From Phallusia mammillata (lineage: Eukaryota), in NCBI GenBank assembly GCA_965637545.1, contig OZ281495.1, positions 22,568,001 to 22,632,000 of the forward strand: DNA of 64,000 bases. The letters are read 5' to 3'. The notes beneath the pieces were generated by a model. The model saw nothing but the letters and a program-made list of their open reading frames with translations. It was not told the DNA's origin and made no database searches. Shown here one piece after another: positions 43,584 through 56,262 of the stretch. Position 1 is the first letter of the stretch. Every line of letters starts with the position of its first letter. The position numbers and the translations under genes were made by a program.

Positions 43584-46500
43584 TTAGGGAACCTCTGGAC
43601 AAACTTGTTGTAACAAACGACCAAGTGCTTGGCATCGATCCTTTTCATCTTCGCATCTTCTTTCCGCCTCCTTTTGACGTGACTCGGTGACCTGCAGTGC
43701 TCTCATTAGGTGGGAATTCTCGCAATACAAATCCTTCACCAAGGTTTCGGATTTGGCCAACTTGGAGTACTGTGCGACAAACAACGTTATTGGTTTTATC
43801 GTGCACAAAACCAAGGTTTAATGATAAAAAAACGAATACACAGAAGTTGGAGCTGTATTTTTTGCCAGAGCAGTGTAACGCTGCCGTGCATGGATTTCCA
43901 AAGCCCATAGCCACCTTACGACATAGTTAACTCTGCATTCTTTTATTATTTTACCTTTTTATTTTAGTTCGTCACCGGTTATGCTGAGCCAGTATTCCTA
44001 GAGTGTAGGATAAGTACGTAAATGTAGAGGTTCCACCGTTCACACAAGGCACTTTCAAAAGGTGGCTTATCATGGATGGTATTTAATTGTAGAGAAAAAA
44101 AGACAAATAAGGATTTTAGCATTGTGTTTTCTGCATCTGACGTTTCAATATATTTTTCTGACAACAAGTTTTACAAAAACTTTGGCCTATTCCACCAACT
44201 ATGCAAGCAGCGCTGTTCTATTTATGTCTCAAAAAACCACTGGCACAAAATATACCAAAACTGTGTTCACAATTTGTTGTTTGGTTTCAAACGCCATTTT
44301 TGATAATCGAACACCCTATGGTTTTATACGTTCAACTTAAGCACGTACCAGGTCTTTGGTGCGTTTCATCTGGCTGTTCAGCTGTTGTCGGGTCATAGTC
44401 AGCCTCGAACGAAGCATGTTTGGGTCCGAAGTTGCACCGGAACCTTGTGACGTCACGCTCAGAGCGTCACTCTCGTCGTCAGTCGCGACGTGGTGCATGA
44501 CGTCATCGCTTATGCTCTGGTTGGCCAGTCCGTTCGCGGCGAGCTGGGTAAGTTGAGCCTTTAGATCGGCTATTTCCTAAAAAGCATTGATTTCAAAGGT
44601 TTGTGCATGACACTTACGTATGAATGTCAGGTCGTAGATAAATCTACTTATTCTTGTCCACTGCCCTATCGCGTCGCTTCTTACGCAGGTTCGAAACGTG
44701 AGTGCACGAATCCCTGTTTAGGTCAACGTGCAAGAAAGAAATAATTAAAATGAAAGGTCACAGGTTGCCTGTTGCAACACGACCGTACATATTTATTGTC
44801 AAGATTTAGACACGTAACATTTATTTGTGACTACGCTATCGAATGCGTTTAAAAAATTACACAGTTTTTTGACAAATTATGAAAAACTGCTGATGATTAG
44901 TATGCTTGACATACTGGAATGTTTTGCAATTCCAATCCTGACTATTTTAGGAATACAATTTACCTTTGTCATTTCTCCAATCTTCTCTTCAGCGAGTCTC
45001 CTCCCTCTACTTTGCTCCTCATCCAATCTCGACTTTCGTCTGCTCCGGACTCGAGGAGAAGGAGTGGGAGAGCTCATCCCACTCCTCTCCAACTTCTCAC
45101 ACTTTGCATTCAGTCCTGCATTCTCCAGGCGGCAAGTAAGTTTCTCGTGTTCAAGACCTCGCACCTTTAGTGAATGACATGAAAATATGTGAACTTGTAC
45201 GAGTAACTTTTCAAGCAGAGTTTTGTGTGATTGGGTTTTTGTTGTTTGACGCATAATGAAATCTGTAGAGGGACCACTGGAGTGCAGTAAGGCAAATAAA
45301 AGACTTTGCCGTAATATATAGAGGATACTATTAGTTAAAAAAGTTGTTAGTTTTGCTGTTATTATATTTCTTGCGCCAAATTTTCAAGTTATACCCTTGT
45401 TTGAAAGTAGATGTTGCTTTATTGGGAACTTAATTATTAACGGGACAAATAATTGGACTGCATGAGAACATGATACGGTTAGACATGACTTGCTAGGCTT
45501 TTTGTGTTTTATGTAGTTATAGCTTGACTATAGTGCGGTTACCTTTTCCAGCAGTTCATCGTATTGTCGTTTTAACCGAGTTTTTTCGACCTCCATGACA
45601 TCAGCTTCGTTTTGCATACGGGAGATCACGTGCGATTTCTCTTGGTTCGAATCCAAAAGATCCTCCATCTAAACAACACAACCATGCCACAAACCTTACA
45701 TTTACAAGGTCACATTAGTTAAACCTCTGACATCGGGATCCCAGTTATGAATTTATGTTCATCTTAACTGATACTGGTCAATCTGGCGATCCCCTACTAC
45801 TAAGCTGACATGTGCATCATACGGGGCAGGCAACGGTGCTTGTGATTCGACTTTCGGCGGATCTCCACTGAGCCTGCGTAGCTCAGTTGGTACAGCGCGA
45901 GTCCCGGAAAGACTCCTGTCGTGGGTTCGAATCCCACCGCAGGCTAGATTTTTCTAGCCTACGCCTTGCCACATGGTGGTGAATGCTTGGTGACCGGCTG
46001 ATTCGGTATGGCGCCTTCAATGGGCATGACGTACTGTGATTTACATACGAGTGTGCCGTGATCGCTGGTCTGCATAGACGCTTCAGGGTTGATCCCAGTT
46101 ATGAATTTATGTTCATCTTAACTGCCAACGGGAAAGAATAATTTCTTTTTTCATTTCCTATGCACCTGTGTACGAAGGTTTAGGTTCAGCTGCTCCTTTT
46201 CGGAAACTTTTCTGTTGACGTCATCCAAGCGTTCTTTGAGCAAAGAAGACTGTCTGACGTCATTACCAGCTTCACCCATTTTCATGTCGCGGCTGTGGAG
46301 GTCGGTAGTTGCTCGGGAAAGAAGGTTTTCCAGGTCTTGGTTTCTTTGCTGTCGGTTGAATTCGTAACATAGTAAGTTTGTGATTGAAGTCAAGAGTCAC
46401 AGTTTTGAAGATGTAAATTTTCAGCTTTTTATAAAAATGAAAAAAAAATACATCTTGCTAAGTCCGACAAATATATTTTTTGACATGTTCTTATGTGCTA

Positions 46501-49500
46501 ACTTGTTATATCTCCATTAAAACATTCTAACATTTGGACTTCAATATGCGGTGTGAAATTGTTGGTTCACCTTTAAATCTTCCATTTCGGAACGTATGCT
46601 CACAAGTTCACAGTTCTCACTTTCCACAGTTTCAACTCTGACCCGCATCTTCTGCTCGGCCTCTTCCATCGATTGTTTCTTCTTTTTCATTTCTCTTTCC
46701 GTCTCTTCAGCGAGTCGTTGACGCAGTGAAGCCACCTCGTCGCTACAAAAGCAAAACACAAATAAATTTCATTTTACAAAGATAATTTACAGCTCCATAT
46801 TAAAAAAACACTTACGTAAGAACTTAAAGCACACAAAGTTTGCTAATTTCCGAAAGAAGGCACAAAAAGCATTTGCGAACAGTTTAAAGCAAAATGAGTG
46901 AAAACGAGATTTCTTACGTTAGTAGCCCTAACTACATATCACGTCCTTTTACAAAAGAGTAATTTGGTGCGCAGGCCACCATATTGATATTTCAAAAGAT
47001 TGTATTAATCAATGGTCATCATAGTACGCCAGGCTTATTAAAGGCGTGATACCGAATTGATCAATGGTTTCCTAACCCATATAAACACTTTCACACAAAG
47101 CGTGAATGTTACAAACTTAGGTAAGATTAGATTATACAAACGAGTTTACTTGGGGTCATTTTCAATATCCAAGCTACATCGTGTACTGTTTGTGTGGTGT
47201 TTGTCGACTCTTGATTATATAACACTCACTTGAGTTGTTGTCGTAACTTGGCCTTGTCACAATCAAGCATTTGTTTCAGTTCAGCTGCTTCATGTTCGAA
47301 CGCGTCCCGCATTTTCTGCATCCGACCATGCATGTCCCTTCGTTCCACTCCGATGCTCTCCTGAAGTCGATCCAGTTCACTGCACATGGACGCGGTCTCT
47401 TGTACCTGCGTCACGTGACAAGCGCATATATTATGCATTGCATGCTGATGAGTAATTTATGATCTATTCTATGACTTGATGCATAGGCTTCGAAATGCTG
47501 GGCATATTAGGACGCTTGTAAATTGATTTTATCGATGGAAGTGTTTTAGTAACTGTTTAAGCTAAAAATTGAACTGAAATACATTATAGAGTTCAACTTG
47601 GAAAAAATACCCACACAATGAAATTTCAAGCCTTATTGGTACCTTGTGTTTTTCAGCCATAACTTCCTCCAGCTTCTCCTCCAAATCACGTTTGACTTTT
47701 TTCAGCTCCGTCGTATGTTCCTGCTTGAGTCGAGTGACTTCCGCTTCAAAGTTGTCCGTAATCTCTTTTATTTTATCGGCACCGACGCTGCCGTCAGGAG
47801 CGACAGGTGTACTGCTTCTGTAGACGGTAATTTTAACTCGTAATTTAGCTAACAAAGACAAAACAGTGTATTTTAACGGTGTAAATTTCAATAGACAAGC
47901 GCAAAAATTATGTTTTAAAACAGCCCTCCTTTAAGTTGCATATTAAACTCGAGACAGGAAAACAGTAGGACAAATTATTCATAAACGCGTTGTCGGTTAA
48001 GTTAAAGTAAGCTTCACAGAATATAACTCAAAAAAGTTAGTGACCCTACTTCAACGTTAATGTGTTGAAGCATCAAGCTGTATGATACGCTTGTGCCAAT
48101 CGTTGTACACACCTTTCGAATTTGGAGATAACTTCTTGGTGAGCAGCCAGTGCCTCAGTGTGTTGAACACGTTCTGCTTTCAGTTGCTCAGCAAATCTTC
48201 CACTTGCTTTCTCTTCCTCTGCAAGACGCCGTTCCACCACTTCCAACTTTGAGCGCATCGCTTGCATCTAAAAAATCACAGCTTTTAAAACCGGCAAGTT
48301 ATAAGCAGATGTATAGAGGTTTTGTATCGGCAAACATATAAGTAAACCTATACGAAAATTGGAACCGGAATGCTAGCATCGTATTTGCTCGTAAGTTGTG
48401 CACACAAGCTTTTAAGTTTAACGTCCTTATTACCTGCTCTTCGTGTTTGGCAACGACTTCGGCCTTTTCTTGGGCAAACTCTCTGCAGAGATCAGCCATT
48501 CCATGTTGACTTTCTGAGGATTCGTTCTCAGTCTTTTGTTTCAGTTTCAAGAACTTGCTTTCTAGCTAAAGACAAGATTAAGAACTTAGGAACAGGTCTT
48601 AGATCCTTGAGCTAGACACTAAGGCGCAGGTGAGCAAAACAATATATATACCTCGTCTTTTTCCTGTGTGATTTGCTTCAAGAGTCGCATAGTCATGTTT
48701 TGTTGTTCCTCCACTGCCCGATTATCATCTAGTGAACTCAATTTGGCCTTTTCATTTTCAAGTCGAATCTGAAATTCTTTTTCCATCTCCGCCTAGCAAA
48801 TAAAAAAGGGATTACAATTTTGAGACATTAGTGAATTGAAATACAAAGTGGCATATACACATAGATAATGTAAACTGTATTTTTCATTAGAATATCACAA
48901 ACTTTACAACTAAGTTACTATTAACTAAGCCGTCGATAGGTGTAGCTAAATCCACAAAGTTACCCAAGAAGGCTTACATTACCTTTTCAAAAGAAATCTC
49001 ATCCATATATTTTCTCTTGTCCGCTCGGAGATCCTCAACAAGACGTTCCAGTTCTGCCATTCTAATGTTAGCATATTCTTGAGCGTCAACGTTATTTCGT
49101 CGTGGCCTTTCCAGATGCTCAATTGCTGTATCTACAAAATCAAATACAAAAAATGTAAGGAAATGAAAGTTTTTTTATTGCCAAATAAAAGCAGCAGCAT
49201 CAAACACTTTTCCAAAAGTTTAAACTCCACAAAGCACCCAAAAACAAAAAGACAATTTGCTAAAAACAACCAAAACATGTGCTACGGCACTTAACATAAT
49301 ACTACACAATTTACCATTTTCCATATCACTGTAGTTATTGGTGTTGTAGTCCAGATATTCAGACAAGTTAGACTCCCTTCTAAGTGGCTTTTTCCGTTTC
49401 GGTGATGATCCTTCTCTCAGTTTTTCATCATGAAACGAACTTACACTCACACCTCTATTGTGATCTTTTGACTCATAATGTTTGATCTTGCCATGCAGAG

Positions 49501-52500
49501 ACTCTACTTCAATAACAAGCTCATCATTTTTGTCTGCCAAGTGCTAAAAGTAAAAAAAATTACATAAAATGATAAATAAAATTCTGTAAATGTGTCAGTA
49601 CTTCTACAGTCTGACTGCAAGTGAATGTGAGCAAAACCACAGTGGTACATCACATTTAAATCCCACTATCAGTTTAAGCACAAACCCTAAGTACTGTCAT
49701 ATAGTTTCCTATGTCAACATAGCCAGATGTAACAATAGAAACAACGTGAGCAAACAGTCAACGTTTGCTAACAGTTGGTAAACATGAACTGTTTTATTGC
49801 TTGACAGTTGACAAAAACACTTTGTCACCAAGATGCATCAAGCTATTTGCTCAGAAAGGGGGGGTTATTATATAATTTATTGATAGAAACATGTATTACC
49901 CGGCATTGTGCTTCATATTCCTTGATAATGGTGGCAAACTTTTCTTCCTGAGATGTATTGATTGGATTTGATGTGTCATTTGTCTGAAATTACAAATGTT
50001 AATTAAGTTGTGTCCTAACATAAGTAAGACCAACCATGGTGTAGTTTGAAACCACTAAACCTATGGATAATAACCCACCCTGTTAAAGATTCAACTTGTT
50101 TCAGAAAAACATGTGTCTAAACTTGAGACAGAGCTTCTGTTAACAAATTGCATAAACTACAAAAAAACTGATTTACTAGTACCAACACACTTTGCTAAAA
50201 ATAACAACACAAAATGGCTAGAGTTTACTACAAAAAACATTGTGCAATGCTTGACTTTTAAGATGAACATAAATTTATAACTGGGATCAGCCCTGAAGCA
50301 TCTATGCCAGGGGTGGGCAAACTACGGCCCGCGGGCCGCATGCGGCCCGGCAAACGAGTTCATGCGGCCCGCCAAATGTTAGTAAATTTTAAAGAGAAAG
50401 TTTCCGAGTAACGCTGAATAGTATTATGAGCACGGGCGTAGAGTTTTAAAAATACTGCGACTTGCCGATACCTATTCCATGTCCAGTATCTGCACCCGTA
50501 CCATACTTTGGAACTAAACACAGATACTTTTTACGTGCTTTAGCCTGTTGTTGTTGCCACGTTATAATGCAAATCGTCACTTGACACAATTTCTTCGTTC
50601 GATAGAAGTAAATAAAAGTAAAAGCGATTCACGTTTTCAAATACAGCCCACTTTGCACTGTTGACGCCAAAACTTTGGTCACTTTGGATCAAGTTTTAGG
50701 TCGTTGCAGTACTTTGCAAACGAACATTAAACACGGCTTAGAATCGTTAACACAGACCCGTACAACACCCAAAGATGGATATTAAAAGCGGTTCGCATTG
50801 CTTAATGTTGGCGCAAGGTATTTAACAAAAATGCCAAACAATGCAAATAAAACAGGCACCACAATCGTCACAATACACTTTATGACGTCATAAACAGTTA
50901 GCTTCGTTTAGCTAAACTTATGCACAAGTTAGAAATTATTAATCAGAGCATTTTAGGCGACTTTAAATGGTATATGTGTGATATAAACCTAATTCTTTAC
51001 ATCAGTTATTTTAAAACAAAAACAAGCAAGCAACTGGCGGTTGTTGGTAAAATACTATGCGGCCCGATAAAATTACAAACTTTTGAATGCGGCCCTTGCA
51101 CTGAAAAGTTTGCCCACCCCTGATCTATGCAGACCAGCGATCATGGCACATTCATATATAAATCACAGTATGCCAGGCCCATTCAAGGTGCCATACCAAA
51201 ACAGCCGGTCACCAAGCATATACTATAAATATAACACATAACCTTGTCTGATACGTGTATAACAAAAATAGGTGATAATAATTTAGTCAGTGTAACCTTT
51301 TCATTGAGAAGACATTCCAGATCTTTTCTAAGCCTATCAGCATCCTTCTCTGCTTCGTTGAGTTTTTCACAAAGTTGAAGAGATTCTCGAGATAAGGAAT
51401 CATTTTCAGATTGCAGAAGGTGGATTTTATTGCGAAGACACTCATCACTATACTGCAAAGCATCTGCACAAGAAAGTAATAAACTAAAGCAATGGTTTTC
51501 AATCTTTTTCATACCGCGACCCTTTTAGCAACCAAATGCAACTTGCAATCCCCCCATTTAAAAAAATCCTTGTTTTTCAGATTTAATAACAATTTCTAAA
51601 AATTTTATGACAGGTTAAAATCTAACAATAACTTTGAATATCTTTGTTACTACAAAACACACACATGAGTTCAAAAAACTGTTTTCTGAGAAAAGCAATT
51701 AAATTCAATATGCACTGAAACATTAAATTTATGTTGGTACCAACAACCTTTATTTGTTGATATCTTGCATTAAATTGAATGTGATTGGTGGAACAATGGA
51801 ACAGATGGCTACTAGTGTAACAAACACCCTTAACAAAAACACTTTCACAACAAAGCATAAGCTTACAAGTAGACAATCAAATAAACAGTAGTAAGACCAA
51901 CAACAGATGGATAACCCTAGCGGGACAAGCTTAGTTTAACACAACACACAATCCACTTACCAATTTCTTTACGAAACAACTCTTTGTCCTGGTTGAATTG
52001 AATCAGCATTGTGTCCCGTTCCCTTTCATGGGCATGTTGTGCACAGTTAAGCTTTTTTGCCCACTTACGTTCCACCACAGTCAACTTTTTCTCATTTTGT
52101 TGATCCATGCTTAGATATCGGTCATCGACTTCATCTATAAGCTTTGAAGTTCGAAGTTCCGATCTTTCCAGATCATCCTTCATTTTTTCTGTTAGGTTTT
52201 TGTATTGCTCTGCTTCTGAACTAAATTATATAATTATAAAACATTAAAAAAGCAAAACAAACGCCTTCAATGTATCCGAAACAAGAAAACAATTTTTAAG
52301 ATAAACATAAACTTCTTAACTGGGATCAGCCCCAAAGTGTTTGACGACTTTAATGGGCCTGTCGTACTATCAAGAAAATAATACGATAACAGTTAAATTG
52401 ACAAACATAACAAATCATAATCTAAAACACCAACACATGTACTAACTTAAAATACTTTATGTATATACACAGTCAAAAGACATACTTAACAAAGTAGACA

Positions 52501-54880
52501 AATTCTCTGTAACTTGCCACCAAAGCATAAGTAATAGAGGAGTGAAGTTTGGAGTTTGTGGTGGGTAAGAGTGAAGTACCAGATACTGCTTCCTTTTCAA
52601 GGGCAGTTGACAACTCAAAAGCATCGATTAACCCATTTCGATGGGTTATGTCAAGGGCCTGTAAATATAAATAGGGTAGGTCTCTTTGTGTCTATTTAAT
52701 TTATCGCAAGTCAAGTCAGTTGTGTTGAGAGTGAAAAAATTAGACAAGAGATATTTGGCATTGGAATAAAATTACATTCTCATGGGCACCATTACTATAG
52801 TGAAGGGTAAGTCATGCACATAGATTAAAATCAAACTAAGTCAGTAGTTTCAAGTTCAAATTAATAGTCAGATTTAAAAATGATGTACTGCTGCATGACC
52901 TGTGTGATATTTTTTGAGATGAATATAGACAGCTTTACCACTTGTAAGCAGCGTACCTCAAGTATTTGAATGGCATCTTCAACCCCTGCTTTTTTCCACA
53001 TTGCTACCAATGATTCTACTTCAATCATGCCAGAACCATCCAAGTCAAGTTTTAGAAAAAGATTAGGAATACATCCTTCATGGATGAAGGTACTGTTTGG
53101 TGTAGCATCTGCAATCTGTCCCTATAAATCAGTATGTGTCAAAGATTTTTTCCAGCAGCTTTTGTTAACTATATAATTGATAAATGTAATTAAAGTTACA
53201 TAATTATAAAGCATACTGCATAATACTGTACAGCACATCTAGAAAATCCATGCACCCAAGCGTACATTGTATTACAATCCTTCATAGTACAAAAATCATG
53301 GCAAATGTTTATGTGTGAACACATTCCTACCATATCTTCAGTTGACATTGCACTGATTTCATTTGGTTGTTTCTTTAAATCAGTAGATGCTGAGGTAGTT
53401 CCACTATGGCTTGACTCAAAGTAATGACCTTTATCAGGTTCATCAATTCCAAATCCAGGTTCATAGTAAACTTTGTTACCAACACCCAAAGCATCTTCAT
53501 TTTCATCTGATGAGGTAAGCATTTCACCCAACCTGTTTTATGAACAGATTTACATTAGGAAATAGTTGGTTTCATATTAAATGGATAATAATTCCCAAAA
53601 GTTTTATGCAAAGGTGAAAGTTGGAGTTGAACTCTGTGTGTCCCACATTTAAAGTGAAGTCAAAGTTAGTTTCTGAATATTGTGGAGTCATGATTTGTTT
53701 TTGGCAACTCTGACTTAAGGCAAAATTTGTCAAAATCAGCTATAAGTTTATGCAAGGCAAAAGCATGGTTTTGGGATGGAATTTAAGTGATTTTACTGAA
53801 ATGAAATTAAGTAAAGTTGATGTTGGAATATAGTGGATTTAGGAAATCTGCCTCCTACTTAATAATTACATTCAATAATACTGCAATAATCAATGATTAT
53901 GTTTGAGGCAGAATTTACTTGTAAAAACAAACAGGATTTGCCAACTGACTTTCAGACTTAAATGTTAATATGCATGGTGTGTAAATGATTTTGTGAAAAT
54001 ATGTTTGCTTTATCCTAAAAAATAGTTTTAAATTTTACATACCAATGATCATCTGTGGTGACATTGGGGTTTTCATTGCAATCTACAGGGTGCTCAATGT
54101 CACTAAGATCTGCCGAAGGTGCTGACTTTCTGCCATACTTCTTTCCACCTCTAACCAATCGTGGTTTAACACTATCTGAAAACAACAAAGTACAATAGTA
54201 AAAACATGATCAACACCTGACAATCTAACTAAGACCTTCATTTTCATCACAGGGTGAATCGCATGTAGCCCCACTTTCAGTGGATTCTGTAATTTCGGAA
54301 AGAACAGCAACAAAACATTGGCAAAACTGATCAAATGCAATAAAGTCATCAGATGAAATTTCCTCAAACTCTTTTTGTTCAAATGCCAAAGCAAAAAGAC
54401 GACCAATTGAATCTGCATCCAGAGACAACCTTTAATGTAGTCATATTGTTAGATATTACTGCATTTTTTAGTTGAGGCTGTTTAAAACCGTGTATCAGAT
54501 ATCCACAGTTATTGCACAGTGTTCTAGGTTTGCATTGTTTAAAATCATATGATAAGATTACATAATTAAGTTACAATTTAATTAATGTATTTGAAAAGCT
54601 AGTTGCATAATTACGACATTTTTCTATGTTTAAATATTAACTGTTTCATATCGTAATACATCAATTTATGATTTGTTAAGTTTGCTGGGTGATTTGTGGT
54701 TACATTACTGGGGTAATTTACATAGTTATGGTTGGAATTACCAGTAACACATTAACTTGTTACAAGATACCTTTCGCAAAGTGATATCAGCTGAAATTTG
54801 TCTATTCCTGGCTGCGAGCTCGGGCAAAAACCGTTAAATATTTCCTCCAACTGCTTTACATATTGTTCGTCATTCTCCAT
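43584..54880 (-). CDS. NINL: Ninein / ninein-like centrosomal protein (EF-hands + coiled coil)
   Basis: Start MENDEQYVKQLEEIF at 54880, followed by EF-hand exons. The ninein motif KPRLVRGGKKYGRKS is at ~54170-54125. Many coiled-coil exons follow. The NINL-type C-terminus LVKDLYCENSHLMRALQVTE ends at stop 43584. About 20 exons; a probable 5' UTR exon has its donor at 55000. Confidence 0.88.
45872..46124 (+). mobile_element. tRNA-derived SINE (young, full-length copy) in a NINL intron
   Basis: tRNA-like head 45872-45945 with A box TAGCTCAGTTGG and B box GGTTCGAATCC. The body and tail are shared with copies at 50260-51220 and 52298-52345. Confidence 0.8.
50260..51220 (-). mobile_element. 5'-truncated copy of the same SINE, split by a hAT MITE
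   Basis: 50260-50307 plus 51123-51220 align contiguously to the reverse complement of ~45987-46120. Confidence 0.85.
50308..51122. mobile_element. hAT MITE (CAGGGGTGGGCAA TIRs) inserted into the SINE
   Basis: TIRs CAGGGGTGGGCAAAC and GTTTGCCCACCCCTG, a perfect 8-bp TSD atctatgc, and subterminal GCGGCCC motifs. Confidence 0.93.
52298..52345 (-). mobile_element. Degenerate 3' tail fragment of the SINE family
   Basis: aagataaacataaacttcttaactgggatcagccccaaag resembles aagatgaacataaatttataactgggatcagccctgaag at 50260. Confidence 0.6.
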
Positions 54881-55126
54881 TGCTTTTTAACATCACCATT
54901 AGCAAATCGCCGCAACTAAAGCAAGAATGTATTTGTAATTCATAATATGATGTACCCAAATAACACACTACGTTTTAAGGACCTTTAGACAAAGCTTACC
55001 TGCGGTTATCAACACGTTTCCTTCGCCAAACCGCAATTCCTCAGCAAACAATTCATGTAGAGCGCTTCACTACAAAGCAATGAAGCGGAACGGTTTGTTT
55101 TCAAATTTGGGTAAAAAGTACCAATA

Positions 55127-55236
55127 TCGTATTTACTGAGGTGTTAAAAAATTATGTAAGCCGCCCTCGATTATAAGCCGCACGAACGGCAGCTAAAAAA
55201 CAATGTAAGCCGCGGCTTATAATCGAGTAAATACGG
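55127..55236. mobile_element. Short pogo/Tc1-mariner-type MITE upstream of NINL
   Basis: TA|TCGTATTTACT...AGTAAATACGG|TA termini with TA flanks, and repeated internal TAAGCCGC/GCGGCTTA motifs. Confidence 0.7.
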
Positions 55237-55550
55237 TAACAAAAATATAAGCTTTGAAACTTGTGGCCAGTATATACTTTGTTATGCACACCAGTATTTC
55301 GCCTGTGTGCACTTTAAACATTGGGAATATTTCGTGGCACACTTGGAAATCTCTCACGGAACACTAGTGTGCCGCGGCGCACAGTCATATTCATAGAAAG
55401 CAACAAAGTTACTTTGTCTAATTGCTCTGTTGTCGTATCCAGTTGACTCAAATACATGTCATTGTAAATTAAGCTTGGATACTCGAGTCAATTTAGTGGC
55501 GGTTCAAGTCTCAGGTCCAACCTTAAATAAATATCAAAATACATTTTTGG

Positions 55551-55576
55551 ATCAATCAATCAATCAATCAATCAAT
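55551..55576. repeat. (AATC)n microsatellite, possibly a non-LTR element tail
   Basis: About six AATC units. Any link to a retroelement is unverified. Confidence 0.6.
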
Positions 55577-56262
55577 TTAGTTTATTTGTTTCAGCGCCCA
55601 CGTACAATAATAAAGACGAATAACATACGGTTAAACATATAAAACAAGCGTTGAAACAAAAAGGGTGCAGCTGGAGCCACAATTGGCTATGGATGATTTG
55701 AATGTGGTTCGAGTTTTGATCGAGTGAGTATTTAAGAAACAGTTTTTTGTGTCTTTGAATCAAAAACTATTACCAGAGCAACTTGATAATATATTGGCTC
55801 TGCTATACCCACCCATGTACTTCGTTGTAGCCAACAGAATCCATCAACTAGGTTTTGTTCATTAATTCCAAACAAGCAGCATCAAGCGCTACCTAATCGA
55901 ATCAAAAGTTACATGCAGCGACGTTTTCATTACGTAACTGTTGTTTGTATGATGAAATTCCTGCAAGTTTTTTGCATTTTCGCATACGACGTCCGAGACT
56001 CCGAGCTAAGGGTGTAGTGTGACGAGCCAAAGTGAAACAATTGTAGTTATGCAGCCAGTCTCTCCTACATTGTGGAAATTACTCTTTGACCTATTGCAAT
56101 GAAGTTACCAATTTATTAGGAGCAACAAAGTGCTTCCAAAAAATGTTTTTGCACAAAACGACAACACTCTACAAAATTGCAGGTTGCAAAAGTATGTTTG
56201 AAAAGAGGATACTTTACATGTCAAAAGTTACAAATCGTATTCGTATTTTGTCCTAACAAAGC

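Noticed and set aside
45872-45945. Genuine tRNA-Ser(GGA)
   Set aside because: It has C at position 33, a D-stem mismatch and no long variable arm. It is joined to a body found in other dispersed copies, so it is better explained as a SINE head.
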